Positions 46,167 to 56,195 of a DNA stretch of 57,801 nucleotides are shown here, piece by piece (positions within the stretch are counted from its first letter, which is position 1; the number at the start of each line of letters is the position of its first letter). A model generated the notes under the pieces. That model was not told the origin of the DNA. It saw only the letters and a program-made list of their open reading frames with translations, and did not search any database. The stretch comes from a virus. Its lineage: Duplodnaviria > Caudoviricetes. The translations under genes were made by a program, and so were the position numbers. The DNA lies in the IMG/VR virus record IMGVR_UViG_3300028146_000012, positions 1-57,801 of that record. The stretch is one strand, 5' to 3'.

Positions 46167-48538
46167 TGGCTAATATTAAGCTAGATTTCTCTAAAATGCG
46201 CCATGTAAAATCTGATAAAGACACTACTACGCTTAAGCATAAAACAGATGGGCATGAAATAACCCTTGTGCATAAAGCCTTAAGCCCAGACAATCAGCAA
46301 CGCTTAATGGCATTGGCTGGTATAGCAAAGTCAGCCGCAACACCACAAGAAGCCGACCAAATGGCGCATAAAATGGCAACAGGCGGTACGGCTCCTACAC
46401 AGCATATCTCAGAAGTAGAAAGCAAAGGCGTAGACGCGGCTTCTGCTCTTCAGAATCAACGGATTACGGATAGTTCATCTGCTCCTGTAGATCCCAACGA
46501 AGACGCAAAGTATCAAGCAATGATGCAGCACCTTGCTCAACCTTCTCCTACCCCAGGACCAGCGCCTCAAGCAAAAGGCGGTGAGATAAAGAAGACGGAA
46601 AATACGCTTGATTACTCTAAAATTAAGAAAAAGCCATATGGCGGCGATACACAGTCCACAATAGATTATTCAGGCTTTAAAGAAGACCAACGTAAAAAAG
46701 ATCTTGATGATAAATACAAGAAATACGCCGAAGGCGGCAGCACTGAGACATGCATGGCATGCGGCGGAAGTATGCGTAAAGCCTATGCAACTTCAGATCA
46801 GCCGGTATCTCAAGATGACAGCGCACCCGAAGTCCCTACGAATCTAGATCCAAAGTCTGCTGGAGTGCCTACTTCAGTGCCAAACTACCGAGATCCACAG
46901 CAAGCCGCTAAAGAACCATTTAAAGACGAGAATTCAGAAACTGCTAGGACTAAAGAAGTCTATAATCGCATGGTTAGCAACGTCGTGCCTAAAGGTATGA
47001 CGGCTCCTATATCTCTTGCACAATTCCATGGTGATCAGCCGCCTGCACAGTTCAACGGGCAGACTTATATGAATGCCCAAAAAGAAGTCCAGAACGAACA
47101 AGCCATGAACGCTGCTGCTGTATCTGGCCAACAACAAAATATCATTAAAGAAAATCAAGCCCGTATAGCAGCAGGTCTTGCTCCTTTACCAATTCCTGAC
47201 ATCCCAAATGGACCTCAAGTTCCTGGTACGCCCGAGAATCCGCCTCAGCCAAACGCTATTAATCCATCTGGACAGCCCGTAGACACGGCAGACGACGCCA
47301 CGCAGAACATGCTTGCATTGTCGAATAAAGGCTTTCAGAATCAAATGGCGGGTATTAAAGGCACTGCGCAAGCCCAAGAAGCCCAAGCTGCCGCTAACTC
47401 TCAGATCTACGATACGCAAGCCAAAGCAGAACAGAACATCCTTAATAACTACCAAGACGCCTATCACAGTATTGATGGTGAAATGGATGCAATCCGCAAT
47501 GATATCGCTAACAACCATATCTCACCCGAGCAGTACTGGACGGGCGATAAAGACGGCAACGGTAGCCACAGTAAGATAGCAACAGGCATCGGCATGATCC
47601 TTGCAGGGTTTAACCCAACAAACCGTCCTAATGCCGCTATTGACTTCCTGAAATTCAACATGGAGCAGAATCTCAAAGCCCAAGTCCAGGAAATGTCTAA
47701 GAAGCAAAACGTACTTACATCGCTACAGAATAAATTCCATAATATGCGCGATACAATGGACTTTGCTAGGCTTACTAATGCTCAAATGGCAATAGCTCAA
47801 CTTGGCAAGGCAGCGGCAAACGCAACAGGCGGACCTAATGGTTTGGCTGCTAATGCTGCGAAACAAGCCCAAGGTGTACTCCAAGTCCAATATGCTCCAT
47901 TACAGCAGCGTATAGCGATGTCCCAGACTATGATGCACATGGCCGCACAGCCGACAGGCGATCCAGACATGGAAGTCGCACAGGCTACTAAAATGGCTAG
48001 GTATGCAACTGCTTTGGGCGATACCCAAATGGCAAAACAATGGCAAGATGCAACAGTCCCGGGCGTAGGTGTTACTAGGAACCTCGCCCCTGTGCCAGAC
48101 GCCGTTAAAACACAGATTGCAACACATAAAACCGTAAGCGATATAATGAATCAAGCCCTTGAGATAGCTAAACAACCTATCCCTACCAATCCTACTGAGT
48201 ATGCAAAGTATGAAGCCCGAGCATCTACTCTCCAAGGGCAGCTCATTGGTATGGTAAAACAAGCCCAACACGATGGTGTTTATAAGCCATCAGAAGCTGA
48301 ATTCTTAACGAGTCAAATAGGTGGAAGCCCTGGCTCAGTATTCCGTAGTCTCAGCGCAATTCCTAAGATCCAAGAACTCCAAGAAGTCAAGCAAAATGAG
48401 TATAACAATCTTCTTCAGACATATAATCTGCCGACTCGTCAATTACCGAGGGCCAATACAGCGCCAGAACAAACCAAAACGGTTAACGGCGTGACTTATA
48501 AGCGTGGACCTAATGGCGAAGCCATTCGAGTACCTTAA
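46166..48538 (+). CDS. Internal virion/ejection protein 2
   Basis: 790 aa, helical; MATGG, QAKGG, YAEGG, MACGG. Confidence 0.62.
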   Translation: MANIKLDFSKMRHVKSDKDTTTLKHKTDGHEITLVHKALSPDNQQRLMALAGIAKSAATPQEADQMAHKMATGGTAPTQHISEVESKGVDAASALQNQRITDSSSAPVDPNEDAKYQAMMQHLAQPSPTPGPAPQAKGGEIKKTENTLDYSKIKKKPYGGDTQSTIDYSGFKEDQRKKDLDDKYKKYAEGGSTETCMACGGSMRKAYATSDQPVSQDDSAPEVPTNLDPKSAGVPTSVPNYRDPQQAAKEPFKDENSETARTKEVYNRMVSNVVPKGMTAPISLAQFHGDQPPAQFNGQTYMNAQKEVQNEQAMNAAAVSGQQQNIIKENQARIAAGLAPLPIPDIPNGPQVPGTPENPPQPNAINPSGQPVDTADDATQNMLALSNKGFQNQMAGIKGTAQAQEAQAAANSQIYDTQAKAEQNILNNYQDAYHSIDGEMDAIRNDIANNHISPEQYWTGDKDGNGSHSKIATGIGMILAGFNPTNRPNAAIDFLKFNMEQNLKAQVQEMSKKQNVLTSLQNKFHNMRDTMDFARLTNAQMAIAQLGKAAANATGGPNGLAANAAKQAQGVLQVQYAPLQQRIAMSQTMMHMAAQPTGDPDMEVAQATKMARYATALGDTQMAKQWQDATVPGVGVTRNLAPVPDAVKTQIATHKTVSDIMNQALEIAKQPIPTNPTEYAKYEARASTLQGQLIGMVKQAQHDGVYKPSEAEFLTSQIGGSPGSVFRSLSAIPKIQELQEVKQNEYNNLLQTYNLPTRQLPRANTAPEQTKTVNGVTYKRGPNGEAIRVP

Positions 48539-51270
48539 TGGATTTCGATAGCTTGCAGGCAGACCCTGCTCCAGTTGCGTCACCACAACAGCCTACTAAT
48601 CAACCACAGAGCTTTGATTCTCTTAAAGATGACTCTGAAACATACGGGACACCAGGGCAGCAACTCCAAACAGGCGCAGAAAGCATTGCTAAGGGACTGT
48701 TAGGTCCTGTCGCTCCGTGGTATGAAACCCATCTCATGGGCGTTCCAGCGAAAGAAATCCTAGCCAGACAGAAAGCCAATCCAGTAACTGCTGGAGTAGG
48801 CGAGGCAGCAGGCTTAGGCGCAGGCATGCTTACAGGGACAGGCGAGGCCGCTGTAATGACTAAGGCGGGTGAGCTAGGTCTAGAAGGCCTTGGACTCACT
48901 ACGAAAGCCGGCGAAGCCGCAGGCATTGCACATAAAATTGGCTCATCTACAGTACAACAAGCTATAGAGATGGGCGTATTAGCTGGTTCCGATGAAACAT
49001 CTAAACTAATCCTCCAAGATCCTAATACATCGGCAGAATCTGCAGTCGCTAATATCGGTATTGGCACACTTTTAGGCGGAGCATTTGGTGCTACTGGAGC
49101 TATGGTAAGTCCTTTATGGAAGGCAACGTTAGGGCCTAAGCTTGAAGAGCTCATGAATGCTGTTACTAACCAAGTAAACGGCAAGTCCATGATAGCCTTG
49201 TCAGAAGGCATTGGGAAGGATCTCGAGACATTAGGTGTTGCGCCTACTGCACTACAACGTGCAGATCTGGCAGATACGCCTTTCGTGAATCGTAATGTCG
49301 CTAATTTAATTCGAGCTGAGAACTCCGATATGCTCGCCGAGCGTGAAGCTTTAAAACAATCCGTTGCTGAATCCGTAGTAAAGCCGTTAGGCTCTACAAT
49401 GGAAGACATGCGTGTATATGATAACGATGAAGCCGGCAGACAAATCGCAAACGCAGTGAATGATCGCATAAAAACTACGTTTCAGCCTTTATGGCGGGAT
49501 ATGGATGAGCGAGACAGGATTGCATCGATGCTGACTACATCAGATGATTCTAAACTCGCATTAATGGACAGATTACGTGAACGTGGCGTAACGGACTTCG
49601 CTCCGATGTCGCCGCATGCCGACCTGTTCTATGATGCAGGCGAGCGCCAACTCTCATTTAAAACAATTGCTGACTTCGATAAATATGACTCTGAACTTCG
49701 TAGTAATCTCAATAAAGCCCAACGTGCCGGCGATTTCGAGCAAGCCAAGGCATTTTCTACTATTCGCAACACCCTTAAAGACTATAAAAACCAAGTAATA
49801 CAGGCATCTGCTGCAGGCGCAGAACAGTCAGGACTGAAAGGCGCCACAGAAGCCGGTGAGAATCTTATCGCTCAGCGTAATGCATTGAATAAACAGTATG
49901 CAATGGCTGAAGGCGTACGTGAAGAGCTCGGTGATCATTTTAATATCTCTTCAAGGAATTCCAGAGATTTCATGAAACAACTCGATGAGAATATGACACC
50001 TGAACAAGTCCTTAAGAAATTCTCTATTAAGAACAATATGAATGGTGCGAAGTTCCTGCAAGACAACTTCCCCGAAGCCTTTCAGGAAGTCATTAAAAAT
50101 GAACGCCGTGCAGTACTGAAGCCTGCTATTAACTCAGGGGATGAGGATGCTCCTATAAATGTAAAGAAACTAGGATCGATTATAGAGAAAGCCAAAGCTG
50201 GTAAAGACAACTATTTAAAGACTATTCTACCGCAAGACTTCCTTGATAAAGCAGAAGCAGGCGGCAGAGTATTACAACAAATGACTAGCCCTAAAGATAG
50301 CGGCACTCCTGCAGGCATGTGGGGCATAGTGAAGCATCTCGGCGGATCTGCATTAGGAGCGGCAGGACTGCTTATGGGGCATAGCCCGCTTGCATACGTA
50401 GTAGCTGGTGAGGCGGCGGCGCGTCTCGGCAAAGAAGGCCCAGAAGCCGCTAGACTTGCATTCCTTCGATACATAGGATCTACAGAGCCTATCAGCGCGC
50501 CTGGCTTTAAAGCCATGGCTAGCTTCATTAGTGGAGTCCAGAAAAACCAAGATGTACTAGCTACTGCAGTAAAGAATACACTCAAACCAGGTGCGATGGT
50601 AATAGCAGCAAATGCTCTTCCTGGCAGCAAAGACAGAGATAGACTTGAAAAAGCTTTAAATAAAGTCCAGAACTCACCAGATCAGTTCACTCAAGGCCAG
50701 AATACAGAGCTCGGCCATTATATGCAACAGCATCAGCAAGCCATGTCGGCAACGCAGACACGGATTGCACAGTATTTACAAACACTTAAACCTAAGACTA
50801 ACCAGCCTGGCGTTCTAGATCGTGAAGTCCCTGCAAGTTCAGCAGATAAAACTAGATATGCTAGAGCTCAAGACATCGCTATTAATCCGAACATAGTACT
50901 TGCAAAAGTCAAGAATGGAACATTACAGACATCTGATATCCAAGACTTAAATTCGATGTATCCAGGCCTTTATAATCAAATGATGCAAAAACTCACGAAT
51001 GAGATGGGCAGCGTATCTGCCGATAAAGGCGCACTTCCATATAAGACCAGAATGAGTCTGAGCTTATTCCTAGGCAGTCCATTAGACAGTACAATGCAGC
51101 CTATGTCGATTCAAGCCGCACAGGCCTCACTCCAGCCCCAACAGCCGCCAGAGCCTCAAGGCAAGTCTAGAAAGGTGACTAAAGAAGCCGGCAAAGGCCT
51201 TCAGAAAGGCGCTGCTAAATATCAAACACCTGATCAAGCCGCCGAGGCTGATAGGACTTCCCGTGACTGA
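48538..51270 (+). CDS. Internal virion/ejection protein 3
   Basis: 910 aa, helical, with Gly/Ala hydrophobic segments. Confidence 0.62.
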   Translation: MDFDSLQADPAPVASPQQPTNQPQSFDSLKDDSETYGTPGQQLQTGAESIAKGLLGPVAPWYETHLMGVPAKEILARQKANPVTAGVGEAAGLGAGMLTGTGEAAVMTKAGELGLEGLGLTTKAGEAAGIAHKIGSSTVQQAIEMGVLAGSDETSKLILQDPNTSAESAVANIGIGTLLGGAFGATGAMVSPLWKATLGPKLEELMNAVTNQVNGKSMIALSEGIGKDLETLGVAPTALQRADLADTPFVNRNVANLIRAENSDMLAEREALKQSVAESVVKPLGSTMEDMRVYDNDEAGRQIANAVNDRIKTTFQPLWRDMDERDRIASMLTTSDDSKLALMDRLRERGVTDFAPMSPHADLFYDAGERQLSFKTIADFDKYDSELRSNLNKAQRAGDFEQAKAFSTIRNTLKDYKNQVIQASAAGAEQSGLKGATEAGENLIAQRNALNKQYAMAEGVREELGDHFNISSRNSRDFMKQLDENMTPEQVLKKFSIKNNMNGAKFLQDNFPEAFQEVIKNERRAVLKPAINSGDEDAPINVKKLGSIIEKAKAGKDNYLKTILPQDFLDKAEAGGRVLQQMTSPKDSGTPAGMWGIVKHLGGSALGAAGLLMGHSPLAYVVAGEAAARLGKEGPEAARLAFLRYIGSTEPISAPGFKAMASFISGVQKNQDVLATAVKNTLKPGAMVIAANALPGSKDRDRLEKALNKVQNSPDQFTQGQNTELGHYMQQHQQAMSATQTRIAQYLQTLKPKTNQPGVLDREVPASSADKTRYARAQDIAINPNIVLAKVKNGTLQTSDIQDLNSMYPGLYNQMMQKLTNEMGSVSADKGALPYKTRMSLSLFLGSPLDSTMQPMSIQAAQASLQPQQPPEPQGKSRKVTKEAGKGLQKGAAKYQTPDQAAEADRTSRD

Positions 51271-51285
51271 TTATCGCAATTATAG
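51271..51285 (+). promoter_or_regulatory. Putative late promoter motif, copy 4
   Basis: TTATCGCAATTATAG, followed by AAGGAG SD. Confidence 0.58.
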
Positions 51286-51300
51286 AACCCAAGGAGCTTT

Positions 51301-51675
51301 ATGTCCCGCCCTATTATAAGACCCAACCAAGTAATAACTAACGGTGATATGAGTCAAGCAACTATCATATCAAAACCAAACATCATAGATAATATCTCAT
51401 TGATTTCATACGATATTTCATGGTCTGGTACTTCACCTGTAGGCGTAATGTCCGTGCAAGTGTCTAATACCTACTCGCTGAATGTAGACGGCACTGTGAA
51501 TAATGCAGGGAACTGGACTACGCTGACGTTAAGTGCTGCTACGAATGTGTCTGGCAATACAGGCAATGGCGGCATAGATGTCGATGTAACGGGATTTTAT
51601 GCAATCCGCCTTGTATACACCAAGACATCGGGTACTGGTACAATGAATGCAGTCGTAAATGCAAAGGTGACGTAA
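51301..51675 (+). CDS. Small beta-sandwich virion protein
   Basis: W.GT.PVG...VQVSN...W...IRLVYT. Confidence 0.6.
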   Translation: MSRPIIRPNQVITNGDMSQATIISKPNIIDNISLISYDISWSGTSPVGVMSVQVSNTYSLNVDGTVNNAGNWTTLTLSAATNVSGNTGNGGIDVDVTGFYAIRLVYTKTSGTGTMNAVVNAKVT

Positions 51676-53162
51676 TGGCTGACAATTTCTACGCAAAATA
51701 TTCAGGTGTAGGCGGCGGTGGCGGCGGAGTTACTAGTCTTAACTCATTGACTGGGGCACTAACTCTTATAGGTGCTGGCGGTATTACTATTACTCCGTCT
51801 GGCAGCAACATCACGATTACAGGCGCAGGATCTGCTTTCGCTAATCAAAGTCTGTCGAATCTTACTAGTCCCACAGCTATTAATCAGAACTTACTGTCTG
51901 CGGCAAACGGAACATTGAACTTAGGCTCTTCTTCTAATATGTGGTTGAATGCTGGTATATACCATTTATTGTATGATACAGGCGGGGGCAGCGGCGTTGC
52001 AATTGATATCGGCGGACAGCATATCAATGATACTTCTGGAAGTATATCTGTAGATTGGCAAAATCGGATGCTAAAAGACCCTTCTGGGGGTTCTGCGCTT
52101 AATTGGAATCTACGACAGCTCCTGAATAGTGGAGTTGCTTTAATCGATTGGAGTCTATCAGGCGGCCAGCCTCTTCTATTAGGTACAATTAACGAAACAA
52201 GCACTACTAATAGTTCAGGTGTTACGATATCTACTGGCACTACTGTAGACGGTAATAGCGGCAGTATATCTATATCTCCCGGTTCTGTTTCAGGCACAGG
52301 AACGGCCGGAAGCGTTACAATAACAGATGGAACTGGAAGATCAGAAGTATTTATAGATCCTAGTGCAGGTGTTTTGTTGTTTGATAATGCAGGAGGACAG
52401 GCTGCTTCTTTTTCAACTACATCTAGAATCTTACAAGATAATTCCCAAATAGCATCTCTGGATTTCAATAGCCGTTCTCTTATGTGGACGGACGGCACAA
52501 CTAAGATCTTGGACTGGTCTGGACTCGGAACTAGTCCTTCTGGCGTGTCTTTTTCTGTGTGGCTTGCTGGTCCTACTGGCATGTCTGGGGCATCTACTCC
52601 TTTAGCGCTTGAGACATCTAATGCTACTACAAGCGGCAGCGGCCTTATCAATATACAAACAGGAACCGTTGCAGGTCCGTCGTCTCTTGGTCCTACTGGC
52701 AGCGTAAACATCAGAACGGGCGCTAATACTGATCCTAGCGGCGGAACGGCATCAGGCGATGTAAATATAACGACAGGAGCCGTTGCTGGATCAGGATCCA
52801 GTGGAAGCGTAAATCTGACCCCAGGCACTAATTCTGGGACAGGCGGAGGCGGAGCTGTAGGCATCACTGCTGGCGGAGCAACCGATGCCGGCGCATCTGC
52901 AGGTGCCGTGAATATAAATGGCGGCAATAACTCAGGAAATTCAGCTAATTCAGGCAACGTAGTTATCTTTGATGGTAATGGAGTTGCTGGTATTGCAGCA
53001 CAGGCAAGCACAGGCGGCGTAATCGTAAGCGGTAACTTCATGAAACTTCCTTTAGCTGCGTCTGATCCTACCGCGCCTCAAGGCGCTGTATATTTCAATA
53101 CAGTATTTAATAAAATCAAGGTATTTAACGGCACGACTTGGGAAACAGTAACTAGTGCATAA
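51675..53162 (+). CDS. Tail fibre/receptor-binding protein
   Basis: GVTSLNSLTGA; repeated DW..R.L and SG.(I/V).I.TG units; C-terminal GAVYFNT...VFNGTTW. Confidence 0.72.
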   Translation: MADNFYAKYSGVGGGGGGVTSLNSLTGALTLIGAGGITITPSGSNITITGAGSAFANQSLSNLTSPTAINQNLLSAANGTLNLGSSSNMWLNAGIYHLLYDTGGGSGVAIDIGGQHINDTSGSISVDWQNRMLKDPSGGSALNWNLRQLLNSGVALIDWSLSGGQPLLLGTINETSTTNSSGVTISTGTTVDGNSGSISISPGSVSGTGTAGSVTITDGTGRSEVFIDPSAGVLLFDNAGGQAASFSTTSRILQDNSQIASLDFNSRSLMWTDGTTKILDWSGLGTSPSGVSFSVWLAGPTGMSGASTPLALETSNATTSGSGLINIQTGTVAGPSSLGPTGSVNIRTGANTDPSGGTASGDVNITTGAVAGSGSSGSVNLTPGTNSGTGGGGAVGITAGGATDAGASAGAVNINGGNNSGNSANSGNVVIFDGNGVAGIAAQASTGGVIVSGNFMKLPLAASDPTAPQGAVYFNTVFNKIKVFNGTTWETVTSA

Positions 53163-53174
53163 AGTTGAGGATTA

Positions 53175-53495
53175 ATGAATACACAAACTTCAAGCGTAAT
53201 AAACGGATTAACTACGGACTCATGCAAAATACCGGCAGCCGGTAATTACTCAATTACTACTAGGACGACGATGGGCCCTGGCTCCGGTATTGTAGTCACG
53301 ATCACTCAGTCAGGCAGCGCAAGTCAGACATATACATCTGCTACAACATCATCGCAGTCGCCTGATACTCAGGTAACAGGTAAGTTTAACTGCGCAGCAG
53401 GCGATACGATTACAGTAGCAGTCACGTCCAGCGCTACAGCAGATCAGCCGCCGAGTCTCGTTAAAACTGAAATAAACTTAAGGCAAGGAGCCTAG
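53175..53495 (+). CDS. Small beta-rich virion protein (paralogue family)
   Basis: CAAGDTITVAVTSSATADQ. Confidence 0.62.
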   Translation: MNTQTSSVINGLTTDSCKIPAAGNYSITTRTTMGPGSGIVVTITQSGSASQTYTSATTSSQSPDTQVTGKFNCAAGDTITVAVTSSATADQPPSLVKTEINLRQGA

Positions 53496-53496
53496 T

Positions 53497-53862
53497 ATGT
53501 CGACTATCGTAATACCGAATTTCAATACTCAAAAGACTATGGCAGGCCTAAACACCTATACGTACACCATCGTAAACACTGCGCTACATACATGTCGCAT
53601 GATGGTATCGCATCATCAAGCATCGAATCTCACGGCATCTATAACACAGTCCGGCAGCGTTAGTGCCACGCTTGCAACTGTAACAGTTCAGCCTGTTGCT
53701 TTGCCTAACAGCACAGGCCAATCCAGCGTAATTCTAACCGTAGTTGCGAACTGTGTATCTGGTGATGTAATCTCATTTGTATTGACTTCATCTAATGCAA
53801 ACGATCAGCAGCTAAACAATGTTAAAACTGATATGATCGTAACGCAGGGGCTTACGCCTTAA
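53497..53862 (+). CDS. Small beta-rich virion protein (paralogue family)
   Basis: CVSGDVISFVLTSSNANDQ. Confidence 0.62.
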   Translation: MSTIVIPNFNTQKTMAGLNTYTYTIVNTALHTCRMMVSHHQASNLTASITQSGSVSATLATVTVQPVALPNSTGQSSVILTVVANCVSGDVISFVLTSSNANDQQLNNVKTDMIVTQGLTP

Positions 53863-53865
53863 TTT

Positions 53866-54081
53866 ATGGATGATCAGGCTAGAACTGATATAGCTGTCAT
53901 TAAAACTGATATATCAACTATCAAAGTTGATTTACAGGCTCACATGCTCCGTACCAAGCTTTTAGAAGAACAAGTCGAGCCGATGCGAAATATCATGATA
54001 TCAATGCATAGTTTTTATCGGCTTCTTAAGGTAATCGCAGTATTGGCTGCTATAGCTGAGGGTTTCCGGTTGATACGATGA
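53866..54081 (+). CDS. Coiled coil plus C-terminal hydrophobic helix (lysis-module-like)
   Basis: Composition; position after tail genes. Confidence 0.45.
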   Translation: MDDQARTDIAVIKTDISTIKVDLQAHMLRTKLLEEQVEPMRNIMISMHSFYRLLKVIAVLAAIAEGFRLIR

Positions 54082-54269
54082 AGCATATCCGCGAAATGTT
54101 TGGTGAAACAGGAGATATCTCTATGATGAGAGTCCTGTGCTTCATGAGTATGTGTACAGCAATCATACTTGCATTCATTGGTAAAGATGCGGAAGTACTG
54201 GTGTTTGTAGGTGCGGCATTCGGCGGCAAAGTCGGCCAGAAAATCATTGAAGTAACCGGCGAGAAATGA
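54078..54269 (+). CDS. Holin-like protein with two TM segments
   Basis: SMMRV, two hydrophobic stretches, charged tail. Confidence 0.55.
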   Translation: MKHIREMFGETGDISMMRVLCFMSMCTAIILAFIGKDAEVLVFVGAAFGGKVGQKIIEVTGEK

Positions 54270-54281
54270 AACGAGTTCACA

Positions 54282-54917
54282 ATGAAATTAATTCTTATAG
54301 CTAGTATTTTATTTTTTTTTAATGCGGCTTATGCTAAAGATAAAACAACAAATATTTTTTTAACGGAACGCAATACCGTTTCTTTGAGCACAGAAATGAA
54401 TCTGTCATCTATAGATACGCTCATTAACGCAATGGTTATGAAAAGAATTAGTTTACCGGCTGAAAGTATGCTTTATCTGCTCATAGTATCTATTGGCGGA
54501 GAAGTACGCACTATAGATCCGGTACTTAAAATGGCCTCGGAGCTTCCCAACATAGCAGTAATATGTAAATACTGCGCCAGTGCTGCGGGCTCGCTGTTTG
54601 TGCGATTTCCTGGGCCTAAATACGTAATTAAAAAATCTGTTGCTATGTTTCATCATGATGCGCTAGTTAGATTTACAGCAGATATGGTGGATAATGTAAA
54701 AATGCTGCAAACATTCAAGCAAGAATCTAAGGAATTCGATCAGCAAATAGCAGATGCCATGGGCATGGAACTAAAAGATTATGAAGTGAAAATCAAAGAA
54801 AAAGACTGGGATATTTCAGGATTTGATATCATAAAAATAGATAGGTATGTAACTTCTGCTAATATAACATGCGACGCGGATGCGCTAGCCATGTATCCCG
54901 ACACGTGCTCTCAGTAA
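54282..54917 (+). CDS. Exported ClpP-like protease
   Basis: Signal peptide (AYA|); SIGGEV, CASAA, MFHH. Confidence 0.65.
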   Translation: MKLILIASILFFFNAAYAKDKTTNIFLTERNTVSLSTEMNLSSIDTLINAMVMKRISLPAESMLYLLIVSIGGEVRTIDPVLKMASELPNIAVICKYCASAAGSLFVRFPGPKYVIKKSVAMFHHDALVRFTADMVDNVKMLQTFKQESKEFDQQIADAMGMELKDYEVKIKEKDWDISGFDIIKIDRYVTSANITCDADALAMYPDTCSQ

Positions 54918-55378
54918 GTAATAGGTTTATTCTCTACCAAAGCCTTTACATATTCAGTTTCATTCGCTTCTAAATTCATCCCTTCTTCAAGATTAAATAC
55001 TGCCGGGTACATAATGCTAAGCGGCTGCCCTGTATATGGATTAACTTCCGGTATATGTCCTAAATTTAAGACACAATGGCCTAATTCATGAAATACAAGC
55101 TGCTCTTTAAGGATATCGACGTTCTCAATGCTAGCCCAGTACACAGGATCTATCCTTATCTCGGCTTGATAGTCATCTTTTATGCATTCACCAACAAAGT
55201 TATCTGCCTCAATTAAAGTAGTAAAGCCTGCAGTAATGAAATTCGGATCGCGACCAGTCTCGGCTTTAAACCTATCGAAGTAAACCTGGATTTTAGGGTC
55301 TACGCCGCCGAACATCGCTATGTTTGAATAGAATGCACATCTAACTAATAATAGAGATAAAGCAATGATTAGTCGCAT
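54911..55378 (-). CDS. Exported/lipoprotein zinc metallopeptidase (metzincin-like)
   Basis: Hydrophobic leader ending in Cys; HELGHCVLNLGH and SIMYP Met-turn. Confidence 0.8.
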   Translation of the reverse strand: MRLIIALSLLLVRCAFYSNIAMFGGVDPKIQVYFDRFKAETGRDPNFITAGFTTLIEADNFVGECIKDDYQAEIRIDPVYWASIENVDILKEQLVFHELGHCVLNLGHIPEVNPYTGQPLSIMYPAVFNLEEGMNLEANETEYVKALVENKPITY

Positions 55379-55408
55379 TCAGCCTTGGTTGTGGGTGAGT
55401 TAGTTTTA

Positions 55409-55648
55409 TCAGCCTATAATGTCCATCAAGCTTTGGTGCTCCTCGTGAGTTCTAGTCACACTAATTGAGCAGGTGTACCGATTTTGTCCACAACTACACA
55501 TGGGCGCTTCAAGCCCAGCGTAGTCTTTGTTTACGAAAGGGATTGTTGCGGCCATTTCCTTGCCACATGAGTCGCAGGCCTTCGTTATCATAGAAAGCTC
55601 TGGGTACTGCTTTATCCAATCTTGTGCGGATACTTGTGGATACAACAT
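55409..55648 (-). CDS. Zn-ribbon hypothetical protein
   Basis: CDSCG...CSCG; AAGGCGAG upstream. Confidence 0.55.
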   Translation of the reverse strand: MLYPQVSAQDWIKQYPELSMITKACDSCGKEMAATIPFVNKDYAGLEAPMCSCGQNRYTCSISVTRTHEEHQSLMDIIG

Positions 55649-55832
55649 GCTCGCCTTTTTAACAGTTTGATTTTTTCATTTTTTAGAGTCAGTTGTTGTG
55701 TCAGCATAAACAATCATAGCCAACCCAAAAATACATAACCTTGGCTTTTCATATACCTCTTATTGCTTTTTAAGCAGTAATTTTCATAGATAAAAATACA
55801 GTCGCACTCGACATCGTACCAGACTTCTTCTC

Positions 55833-56195
55833 TCATTCTTTAGCACCAGCTTCGGGAGCAGGAACACTAAGCTCATTTGCTCGTTTAAAAAACTTCTCGG
55901 CTTCTTTAGTGTCGCGCCAACCAAATGGGAGTTTGCTATAGCAGCTATGATTATAGCCCGAACCAGGCAAATGGCCCGCCGAACTGTGGTCCCAGTAGGC
56001 TGCTTCAACGGTTGGCAACAGTTTGGCGGCCACGTCTTTTAGTTCATCGATCATCTTATTCTGGGCTAGGAGGCGATCTGCGCATTCTTTCCAAATAATT
56101 ATGCATGAAATTAGTTCATATCTATCGCGACTAAAAAGGTCTTTTGAATCGAGACCTAATGACAAAAGCTTATCTTCAATTGCCTCTCTAGTCAC
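55833..56195 (-). CDS. Hypothetical protein
   Basis: Coupled within the minus-strand operon. Confidence 0.55.
   Translation of the reverse strand: MTREAIEDKLLSLGLDSKDLFSRDRYELISCIIIWKECADRLLAQNKMIDELKDVAAKLLPTVEAAYWDHSSAGHLPGSGYNHSCYSKLPFGWRDTKEAEKFFKRANELSVPAPEAGAKE

Noticed and set aside
51884-53041. Long antisense ORFs (51884-53041, 48600-49469, 31863-32462, 26275-26787)
   Set aside because: Each lies fully opposite a well-supported gene and has no motifs; expected from codon bias.
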